A DNA stretch of 64,000 nt from Auanema rhodensis (taxonomy: Eukaryota; Animalia; Nematoda). Positions 53,368-64,000 of this stretch are shown here, in pieces. The stretch's first letter is position 1. Each line of letters begins with the position of its first letter. Position numbers and translations under genes: made by a program. The notes under the pieces were generated by a model. The model saw nothing but the letters and a program-made list of their open reading frames with translations. It searched no databases and had not been told where the DNA came from. Location: assembly GCA_964057225.1 (NCBI GenBank), contig OZ059899.1, positions 9,796,001-9,860,000 of the forward strand, in the 5' to 3' direction.

Positions 53368-56300
53368 TAAATTTTTTTCATTTCACTTGTCATTTATAAA
53401 AATCGAATTTATCTTCTTCAACGATTATTTTTGCAATGTGTCATAAGAATTTCATAGTTGAACAAAACGTTTTTTAAGAAGTTTTTTTGTTGTCAACATA
53501 TATATTTTCCTGGAATTCGAAAGCATTTGGGAACAGACTGATCCTGATTTCTCTATGATTACATAAAACTCTCGTTTGATATACAAAATAGAGAGGAATA
53601 ACGTTTCCAGGATATCAATGATATCGAATCTAGTGATATTGTAGAAAAATGTAATGTCAGCTCCATAGTTTTTCTCTTAATTTCTCTCATCACAATAGTC
53701 TTAGTTTTTTTTCATAAGAGTTTCTGAAATCTTAGTTGAACAAGGCAGTATATATTTTTTTCTGGAATTCGAAAGCATTTGGGATGGAAATTAGAAAGAA
53801 AAGAACTAGTTTTTCCTACTTTAAAACAAACAATAAGAAATAAAATGAAAAAGATTGTTAGATATCCAATTTAAACTTATACATTTACTTCGATAAAGAG
53901 CCTATTAGTTTGAAATTTTATGTCTTACAGTTCTCCAACAGAACAGACTGATCCTGATTTCTCTATGATTACATAAAACTCTCGTTTGATATACAAAATA
54001 GAGAGGAATAACGTTTCCAGGATATCAATGATATCGAATCTAGTGATATTGTAGAAAAATGTAATGTCAGCTCCATAGTTTTTCTCTTAATTTCTCTCAT
54101 CACAATAGTCTTAGTTTTTTTTCATAAGAGTTTCTGAAATCTTAATTGAACAAGGCAGTATATATTTTTTTCTGGAATTCGAAAGCATTTGGGATGGAAA
54201 TTAGAAAAAAAAGAACTAGTTTTTCCTACTTTAAAACAAACAATAAGAAATAAAATGAAAAAGATTGTTAGATATCCAATTTAAACTTATACATTTACTT
54301 CGATAAAGAGCCTATTAGTTTGAAATTTTATGTCTTACAGTTCTCCAACAGAACAGACTGATCCTGATTTCTCTATGATTACATAAAACTCTCGTTTGAT
54401 ATACAAAATAGAGAGGAATAACGTTTCCAGGATATCAATGATATCGAATCTAGTGATATTGTAGAAAAATGTAATGTCAGCTCCATAGTTTTTCTCTTAA
54501 TTTCTCTCATCACAATAGTCTTAGTTTTTTTTCATAAGAGTTTCTGAAATCTTAGTTGAACAAGGCAGTATATATTTTTTTCTGGAATTCGAAAGCATTT
54601 GGGATGGAAATTAGAAAGAAAAGAACTAGTTTTTCCTACTTTAAAACAAACAATAAGAAATAAAATGAAAAAGATTGTTAGATATCCAATTTAAACTTAT
54701 ACATTTTCTTCGATAAAGAGCCTATTAGTTTGAAATTTTATGTCTTACAGTTCTCCAACAGAACAGACTGATCCTGATTTCTCTATGATTACATAAAACT
54801 CTCGTTTGATATACAAAAAGGAGAGGAATAACGTTTCCAGGATATCAATGATATCGAATCTAGTGATGTTGTAGAAAAATGTAATGTCAGCTCCATAGTT
54901 TTTCTCTTAATTTCTCTCATCACAATAGTCTTAGTTTTTTTTCATAAGAGTTTCTGAAATCTTAGTTGAACAAGGCAGTATATATTTTTTTCTGGAATTC
55001 GAAAGCATTTGGGATGGAAATTAGAAAGAAAAGAACTAGTTTTTCCTACTTTAAAACAAACAATAAGAAATAAAATGAAAAAGATTGTTAGATATCCAAT
55101 TTAAACTTATACATTTACTTCGATAAAGAGCCTATTAGTTTGAAATTTTATGTCTTACAGTTCTCCAACAGAACAGACTGATCCTGATTTCTCTATGATT
55201 ACATAAAACTCTCGTTTGATATACAAAAAGGAGAGGAATAACGTTTCCAGGATATCAATGATATCGAATCTAGTGATATTGTAGAAAAATGTAATGTCAG
55301 CTCCATAGTTTTTCTCTTAATTTCTCTCATCACAATAGTCTTAGTTTTTTTTCATAAGAGTTTCTGAAATCTTAGTTGAACAAGGCAGTATATATTTTTT
55401 TCTGGAATTCGAAAGCATTTGGGATGGAAATTAGAAAGAAAAGAACTAGTTTTTCCTACTTTAAAACAAACAATAAGAAATAAAATGAAAAAGATTATTA
55501 GATATCCAATTTAAACTTATACATTTACTTCGATAAAGAGCCTATTAGTTTGAAATTTTATGTCTTACAGTTCTCCAACAGAACAGACTGATCCTGATTT
55601 CTCTATGATTACATAAAACTCTCGTTTGATATACAAAATAGAGAGGAATAACGTTTCCAGGATATCAATGATATGGAATCTAGTGATATTGTAGAAAAAT
55701 GTAATGTCAGCTCCATAGTTTTTCTCTTAATTTCTCTCATCACAATAGTCTTAGTTTTTTTTCATAAGAGTTTCTGAAATCTTAATTGAACAAGGCAGTA
55801 TATATTTTTTTCTGGAATTCGAAAGCATTTGGGATGGAAATTAGAAAAAAAAGAACTAGTTTTTCCTACTTTAAAACAAACAATAAGAAATAAAATGAAA
55901 AAGATTGTTAGATATCCAATTTAAACTTATACATTTACTTCGATAAAGAGCCTATTAGTTTGAAATTTTATGTCTTACAGTTCTCCAACAGAACAGACTG
56001 ATCCTGATTTCTCTATGATTACATAAAACTCTCGTTTGATATACAAAATAGAGAGGAATAACGTTTCCAGGATATCAATGATATCGAATCTAGTGATATT
56101 GTAGAAAAATGTAATGTCAGCTCCATAGTTTTTCTCTTAATTTCTCTCATCACAATAGTCTTAGTTTTTTTTCATAAGAGTTTCTGAAATCTTAGTTGAA
56201 CAAGGCAGTATATATTTTTTTCTGGAATTCGAAAGCATTTGGGATGGAAATTAGAAAGAAAAGAACTAGTTTTTCCTACTTTAAAACAAACAATAAGAAA

Positions 56301-57023
56301 TAAAATGAAAAAGATTGTTAGATATCCAATTTAAACTTATACATTTTCTTCGATAAAGAGCCTATTAGTTTGAAATATTATGTCTTACAGTTCTCCAACA
56401 GAACAGACTGATCCTGATTTCTCTATGATTACATAAAACTCTCGTTTGATATACAAAAAGGAGAGGAATAACGTTTCCAGGATATCAATGATATCGAATC
56501 TAGTGATGTTGTAGAAAAATGTAATGTCAGCTCCATAGTTTTTCTCTTAATTTCTCTCATCACAATAGTCTTAGTTTTTTTTCATAAGAGTTTCTGAAAT
56601 CTTAGTTGAACAAGGCAGTATATATTTTTTTCTGGAATTCGAAAGCATTTGGGATGGAAATTAGAAAGAAAAGAACTAGTTTTTCCTACTTTAAAACAAA
56701 CAATAAGAAATAAAATGAAAAAGATTGTTAGATATCCAATTTAAACTTATACATTTTCTTCGATAAAGAGCCTATTAGTTTGAAATTTTATGTCTTACAG
56801 TTCTCCAACAGAACAGACTGATCCTGATTTCTCTATGATTACATAAAACTCTCGTTTGATATACAAAAAGGAGAGGAATAACGTTTCCAGGATATCAATG
56901 ATATCGAATCTAGTGATATTGTAGAAAAATGTAATGTCAGCTCCATAGTTTTTCTCTTAATTTCTCTCATCACAATAGTCTTAGTTTTTTTTCATAAGAG
57001 TTTCTGAAATCTTAGTTGAACAA

Positions 57024-57096
57024 GGCCGCGTGGCGCAATGGATAACGCGTCTGCCTACGGAGCAGAAGATTGTAGGTTCGAATCCTGCCGTGGTCG
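57024..57096 (+). tRNA. tRNA-Arg(ACG)
   Basis: Identical to the copy at 2546. Confidence 0.97.
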
Positions 57097-57882
57097 TAAA
57101 TTTTTTTCATTTCACTTGTCATTTATAAAAATCAAATTCATCTTCTTCAACGATTATTTTTGCAATGTGTCATAAGAATTTCATAGTTGAACAAAACGTT
57201 TTTTAAGAAGTTTTTTTGTTGTCAACATATATATTTTCCTGGAATTCGAAAGCATTTGGGAACAGACTGATCCTGATTTCTCTATGATTACATAAAACTC
57301 TCGTTTGATATACAAAATAGAGAGGAATAACGTTTCCAGGATATCAATGATATCGAATCTAGTGATATTGTAGAAAAATGTAATGTCAGCTCCATAGTTT
57401 TTCTCTTAATTTCTCTCATCACAATAGTCTTAGTTTTTTTTCATAAGAGTTTCTGAAATCTTAGTTGAACAAGGCAGTATATATTTTTTTCTGGAATTCG
57501 AAAGCATTTGGGATGGAAATTAGAAAGAAAAGAACTAGTTTTTCCTACTTTAAAACAAACAATAAGAAATAAAATGAAAAAGATTGTTAGATATCCAATT
57601 TAAACTTATACATTTACTTCGATAAAGAGCCTATTAGTTTGAAATTTTATGTCTTACAGTTCTCCAACAGAACAGACTGATCCTGATTTCTCTATGATTA
57701 CATAAAACTCTCGTTTGATATACAAAAAGGAGAGGAATAACGTTTCCAGGATATCAATGATATCGAATCTAGTGATATTGTAGAAAAATGTAATGTCAGC
57801 TCCATAGTTTTTCTCTTAATTTCTCTCATCACAATAGTCTTAGTTTTTTTTCATAAGAGTTTCTGAAATCTTAGTTGAACAA

Positions 57883-57955
57883 GGCCGCGTGGCGCAATGG
57901 ATAACGCGTCTGCCTACGGAGCAGAAGATTGTAGGTTCGAATCCTGCCGTGGTCG
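57883..57955 (+). tRNA. tRNA-Arg(ACG)
   Basis: Identical to the copy at 2546. Confidence 0.97.
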
Positions 57956-58900
57956 TAATTTTTTTTCATTTCACTTGTCATTTATAAAAATCGAATTTAT
58001 CTTCTTCAACGATTTGTTTTGCAATGTGTCATAAGAATTTCATAGTTGAACAAAACGTTCTTTAAGAAGTTTTTTTGTTGTCAACATATATATTTTCCTG
58101 GAATTCGAAAGCATTTGGGATGGAAATTAGAAAGAAAAGAACTAGTTTTTTCTACTTTAAAACAAACAATAAGAAATAAAATGAAAAAGATTGTTAGATA
58201 TCCAATTTAAACTTATACATTTACTTCGATAAAGAGCCTATTAGTTTGAAATTTTATGTCTTACAGTTCTCCAACAGAACAGACTGATCCTGATTTCTCT
58301 ATGATTACATAAAACTCTCGTTTGATATACAAAATAGAGAGGAATAACGTTTCCAGGATATCAATGATATCGAATCTAGTGATATTGTGGAAAAATGTAA
58401 TGTCAGCTCCATAGTTTTTCTCTTAATTTCTCTCATCACAATAGTCTTAGTTTTTTTTTCATAAGAGTTTCTGAAATCTTAGTTGAACAAGGCAGTATAT
58501 ATTTTTTTCTGGAATTCGAAAGCATTTGGGATGGAAATTAGAAAGAAAAGAACTAGTTTTTCCTACTTTAAAACAAACAATAAGAAATAAAATGAAAAAG
58601 ATTGTTAGATATCCAATTTAAACTTATACATTTACTTCGATAAAGAGCCTATTAGTTTGAAATTTTATGTCTTACAGTTCTCCAACAGAACAGACTGATC
58701 CTGATTTCTCTATGATTACATAAAACTCTCGTTTGATATACGAAATAGAGAGGAATAACGTTTCCAGGATATCAATGATATCGAATCTAGTGATATTGTG
58801 GAAAAATGTAATGTCAGCTCCATAGTTTTTCTCTTAATTTCTCTCATCACAATAGTCTTAGTTTTTTTTCATAAGAGTTTCTGAAATCTTAGTTGAACAA

Positions 58901-58973
58901 GGCCGCGTGGAGCAATGGATAACGCGTCTGCCTACGGAGCAGAAGATTGTAGGTTCGAATCCTGCCGTGGTCG
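58901..58973 (+). tRNA. tRNA-Arg(ACG), C11A variant (possibly impaired)
   Basis: Reads GGCCGCGTGGAGCAATGG; C>A at 58911 breaks the D-stem C11-G24 pair and alters the A box. Confidence 0.85.
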
Positions 58974-59507
58974 TAAATTTTTTTCTTTTCACTTGTCATT
59001 TATAAAAATCGAATTTATCTTCTTCAACGATTTGTTTTGCAATGTGTCATAAGAATTTCATAGTTGAACAAAACGTTTTTTAAGAAGTTTTTTTGTTGTC
59101 AACATATATATTTTCCTGGAATTCGAAAGCATTTGGGATGGAAATTAGAAAGAAAAGAATTAGTTTTTCCTACTTTAAAACAAACAATAAGAAATAAAAT
59201 GAAAAAGATTGTTAGATATCCAATTTAAACTTATACATTTACTTCGATAAAGAGCCTATTAGTTTGAAATTTTATGTCTTACAGTTCTCCAACAGAACAG
59301 ACTGATCCTGATTTCTCTATGATTACATAAAACTCTCGTTTGATATACAAAAAGGAGAGGAATAACGTTTCCAGGATATCAATGATATCGAATCTAGTGA
59401 TATTGTAGAAAAATGTAATGTCAGCTCCATAGTTTTTCTCTTAATTTCTCTCATCACAATAGTCTTAGTTTTTTTTCATAAGAGTTTCTGAAATCTTAGT
59501 TGAACAA

Positions 59508-59580
59508 GGCCGCGTGGCGCAATGGATAACGCGTCTGCCTACGGAGCAGAAGATTGTAGGTTCGAATCCTGCCGTGGTCG
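59508..59580 (+). tRNA. tRNA-Arg(ACG)
   Basis: Identical to the copy at 2546. Confidence 0.97.
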
Positions 59581-60360
59581 TAAATTTTTTTCATTTCACT
59601 TGTCATTTATAAAAATCGAATTTATCTTCTTCAACGATTATTTTTGCAATGTGTCATAAGAATTTCATAGTTGAACAGAACGTTTTTTAAGAAGTTTTTT
59701 TGTTGTCAACATATATATTTTCCTGGAATTCGAAAGCATTTGGGATGGAAATTAGAAAGGAAAGAACTAGTTTTTCCTACTTTAAAACAAACAATAAAAA
59801 ATAAAATGAAAAAGATTGTTAGATATCCAATTTAAACTTATACATTTACTTCGATAAACAGCCTATTAGTTTGAAATTTTATGTCTTACAGTTCTCCAAC
59901 AGAACAGACTGATCCTGATTTCTCTATGATTACATAAAACTCTCGTTTGATATAAAAGCATATTGGATCGAAATTTCGAAAGCATTTTGGATGAAAATTA
60001 GAAAGAAAAGAATTAGTTTTTCCTACTTTAAAACAAACAATAAGAAATAATATGAAAAAGATTGTTAGATATCCAATTTAAACTTATACATTTACTTCGA
60101 TAAAGAGCCTATTAGTTTGAAATTTCATGTCTTACAGTTCTCCAACAGAACAGACTAATCCTGATTTCTCTATGATTACATAAAACTCTCGTTTGATATA
60201 CAAAAAGGAGAGGAATAACGTTTCCAGGATATCAATGATATCGAATCTAGTGATATTGTAGAAAAATGTAATGTCAGCTCCATAGTTTTTCTCTTAATTT
60301 CTCTCATCACAATAGTCTTAGTTTTTTTTCATAAGAGTTTCTGAAATCTTAGTTGAACAA

Positions 60361-60433
60361 GGCCGCGTGGCGCAATGGATAACGCGTCTGCCTACGGAGC
60401 AGAAGATTGTAGGTTCGAATCCTGCCGTGGTCG
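60361..60433 (+). tRNA. tRNA-Arg(ACG)
   Basis: Identical to the copy at 2546. Confidence 0.97.
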
Positions 60434-63018
60434 TAAATTTTTTTCATTTCACTTGTCATTTATAAAAATCGAATTTATCTTCTTCAACGATTATTTTTGC
60501 AATGTGTCATAAGAATTTCATAGTTGAACAAAACGTTTTTTAAGAAGTTTTTTTGTTGTCAACATATATATTTTCCTGGAATTCGAAAGCATTTGGGATG
60601 GAAATTAGAAAGAAAAGAACTAGTTTTTTCTACTTTAAAACAAACAATAAGAAATAAAATGAAAAAGATTGTTAGATATCCAATTTAAACTTATACATTT
60701 ACTTCGATAAAGAGCCTATTAGTTTGAAATTTTATGTCTTACAGTTCTCCAACAGAACAGACTGATCCTGATTTCTCTATGATTACATAAAACTCTCGTT
60801 TGATATACAAAATAGAGAGGAATAACGTTTCCAGGATATCAATGATATCGAATCTAGTGATATTGTAGAAAAATGTAATGTCAGCTCCATAGTTTTTCTC
60901 TTAATTTCTCTCATCACAATAGTCTTAGTTTTTTTTCATAAGAGTTTCTGAAATCTTAGTTGAACAAGGCATTATATATTTTTTTCTGGAATTCGAAAGC
61001 ATTTGGGATGGAAATTAGAAAGAAAAGAACTAGTTTTTCCTACTTTAAAACAAACAATAAGAAATAAATTGAAAAAGATTGTTAGATATCCAATTTAAAC
61101 TTATACATTTACTTCGATAAAGAGCCTATTAGTTTGAAATTTTATGTCTTACAGTTCTCCAACAGAACAGACTGATCCTGATTTCTCTATGATTACATAA
61201 AACTCTCGTTTGATATACAAAAAGGAGAGGAATAACGTTTCCAGGATATCAATGATATCGAATCTATTGATATTGTAGAAAAATGTAATGTCAGCTCCAT
61301 AGTTTTTCTCTTAATTTCTCTCATCACAATAGTCTCAGTTTTTTTTCATAAGAGTTTCTGAAATCTTAGTTGAACAAGGCAGTATATATTTTTTTCTGGA
61401 ATTCGAAAGCATTTGGGATGGAAATTAGAAAGAAAAGAACTAGTTTTTCCTACTTTAAAACAAACAATAAGAAATAAAATGAAAAAGATTGTTAGATATC
61501 CAATTTAAACTTATACATTTACTTCGATAAAGAGCCTATTAGTTTGAAATTTTATGTCTTACAGTTCTCCAACAGAACAGACTGATCCTGATTTCTCTAT
61601 GATTACATAAAACTCTCGTTTGATATACAAAAAGGAGAGGAATAACGTTTCCAGGATATCAATGATATCGAATCTAGTGATATTGTAGAAAAATGTAATG
61701 TCAGCTCCATAGTTTTTCTCTTAATTTCTCTCATCACAATAGTCTTAGTTTTTTTTCATAAGAGTTTCTGAAATCTTAGTTGAACAAGGCAGTATATATT
61801 TTTTTCTGGAATTCGAAAGCATTTGGGATGGAAATTAGAAAGAAAAGAACTAGTTTTTCCTACTTTAAAACAAACAATAAGAAATAAAATGAAAAAGATT
61901 GTTAGATATCCTATTTAAACTTATACATTTACTTCGATAAAGAGCCTATTAGTTTGAAATTTTATGTCTTACAGTTCACCAACAGAACAGACTGATCCTG
62001 ATTTCTCTATGATTACATAAAACTCTCGTTTGATATACAAAATAGAGAGGAATAACGTTTCCAGGATATCAATGATATCGAATCTAGTGATATTGTGGAA
62101 AAATGTAATGTCAGCTCCATAGTTTTTCTTTTAATTTCTCTCATCACAATAGTCTTAGTTTTTTTTTCATAAGAGTTTCTGAAATCTTAGTTGAACAAGG
62201 CAGTATATATTTTTTTCTAGAATTCGAAAGCATTTGGGATGGAAATTAGAAAGAAAAGAACTAATTTTTCTTACTTTAAAACAAACAATAAGAAATAAAA
62301 TGAAAAAGATTGTTAGATATCCAATTTAAACTTATACATTTACTTCGATGAAGAGCCTATTAGTTTGAAATTTTATGTCTTACAGTTCTCCAACAGAACA
62401 GACTGATCCTGATTTCTCTATGATTACATAAAACTCTCGTTTGATATACAAAAAGGAGAGGAATAACGTTTCCAGGATATCAATGATATCGAATCTAGTG
62501 ATATTGTAGAAAAATGTAATGTCAGCTCCATAGTTTTTCTCTTAATTTCTCTCATCACAATAGTCTTAGTTTTTTTTCATGAGAGTTTCTGAAATCTTAG
62601 TTGAACAAGGCAGTATATATTTTTTTCTGGAATTCGAAAGCATTTAGGATGGAAATTAGAAAGAAAAGAACTAGTTTTTCCTACTTTAAAACAAACAATA
62701 AGAAATAAAATGAAAAAGATTGTTAGATATCCAATTTAAACTTATACATTTACTTCGATAAAGAGCCTATTAGTTTGAAATTTTATGTCTTACAGTTCTC
62801 CAGCAGAACAGACTGATCCTGATTTCTCTATGATTTCATAAAACTCTCGTTTGATATACAAAAAGGAGAGGAATAACGTTTCCAGGACATCAATGATATC
62901 GAATCTAGTGATATTGTAGAAAAATGTAATGTCAGCTCCATAGTTTTTCTCTTAATTTCTCTCATCACAATAGTCTTAGTTTTTTTTCATAAGAGTTTCT
63001 GAAATCTTAGTTGAACAA

Positions 63019-63091
63019 GGCCGCGTGGCGCAATGGATAACGCGTCTGCCTACGGAGCAGAAGATTGTAGGTTCGAATCCTGCCGTGGTCG
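63019..63091 (+). tRNA. tRNA-Arg(ACG)
   Basis: Identical to the copy at 2546. Confidence 0.97.
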
Positions 63092-63625
63092 TAAATTTTT
63101 TTCATTTCACTTGTCATTTATAAAAATCGAATTTATCTTCTTCAACGATTTGTTTTGCAATGTGTCATATGAATTTCATATTTGAACAAAACGTTTTTTA
63201 AGAAGTTTTTTTGTTGTCAACATATATATTTTCCTGGAATTCGAAAGCATTTGGGATGGAAATTAGAAAGAAAAGAACTAGTTTTTCCTACTTTAAAACA
63301 AACAATAAGAAATAAAATGAAAAAGATTGTTAGATATCCAATTTAAACTTATACATTTACTTCGATAAAGAGCCTATTAGTTTGAAATTTTATGTCTTAC
63401 AGTTCTCCAGCAGAACAGACTGATCCTGATTTCTCTATGATTTCATAAAACTCTCGTTTGATATACAAAAAGGAGAGGAATAACGTTTCCAGGACATCAA
63501 TGATATCGAATCTAGTGATATTGTAGAAAAATGTAATGTCAGCTCCATAGTTTTTCTCTTAATTTCTCTCATCACAATAGTCTTAGTTTTTTTTCATAAG
63601 AGTTTCTGAAATCTTAGTTGAACAA

Positions 63626-63698
63626 GGCCGCGTGGCGCAATGGATAACGCGTCTGCCTACGGAGCAGAAGATTGTAGGTTCGAATCCTGCCGTGGTCG
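63626..63698 (+). tRNA. tRNA-Arg(ACG)
   Basis: Identical to the copy at 2546. Confidence 0.97.
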
Positions 63699-64000
63699 TA
63701 AATTTTTTTCATTTCACTTGTCATTTATAAAAATCGAATTTATCTTCTTCAACGATTTGTTTTGCAATGTGTCATAAGAATTTCATATTTGAACAAAACG
63801 TTTTTTAAGAAGTTTTTTTGTTGTCAACATATATATTTTCCTGGAATTCGAAAGCATTTGGGATGGAAATTAGAAAGAAAAGAACTAGTTTTTCCTACTT
63901 TAAAACAAACAATAAGAAATAAAATGAAAAAGATTGTTAGATATCCAATTTAAACTTATACATTTACTTCGATAAAGAGCCTATTAGTTTGAAATTTTAT

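Larger units (their letters stand above)
1..64000. repeat. Tandem satellite array, 410/411-bp monomer (about 150 units) with 607-bp tRNA-bearing, 449-bp and about 245-bp variant units
   Basis: TCCATAG recurs at 1, 411, 821, 1232 and onward; the 410 vs 411 difference is a T8/T9 tract; GAATTC and a double GATATC recur in each full unit; the array runs off both window edges. Confidence 0.99.

Noticed and set aside
63762-63953. 63-aa ORF from the supplied track
   Set aside because: It starts at TTG in the tRNA trailer and is open only because a G>T change removes the TAG stop present in the other copies (the 63019 copy has an earlier TGA). It is translated satellite with no coding signal.
1-64000. 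CRISPR array
   Set aside because: There are no short repeats with unique spacers and no cas genes; the units are long, near-identical and carry eukaryotic Pol III genes.
1-64000. 5S rRNA, spliced-leader RNA or telomeric repeats within the unit
   Set aside because: No SL1 (GGTTTAATTACCCAAGTTTGAG), 5S-like sequence or TTAGGC/TTAGGG runs were seen on either strand.
1-64000. Whole array as an assembly artefact
   Set aside because: Structured private SNPs, domain-specific alleles and consistent nested offsets argue for real sequence, although individual HOR copy numbers still need read support.

Overview
The whole 64 kb window is one uninterrupted, head-to-tail, AT-rich tandem array of a 410/411-bp monomer (about 150 units, all in one orientation, near-identical). 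There is no credible protein-coding gene. 23 units are a longer 607-bp form carrying a eukaryotic tRNA-Arg(ACG) gene with internal A/B boxes, an oligo-T terminator and no encoded CCA. From memory its sequence looks nematode-like; this is unverified. 22 of the 23 copies read as identical. The common 410-bp monomer keeps the first three tRNA bases (GGC) and lacks 197 bp net, so the satellite appears to be a tRNA-gene array unit that lost its gene and then amplified. tRNA density is strongly polarised: 3 copies in the first 11.6 kb, none from 11.6 to 35.7 kb, and 20 in the last 28 kb. Nested higher-order repeats (3315, 8929, 2874, 10265 and 4375 bp) and two deletion-variant monomers are present. 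Each full-length monomer also carries a possible decayed antisense relic of the same tRNA. All coordinates and counts were made by eye.
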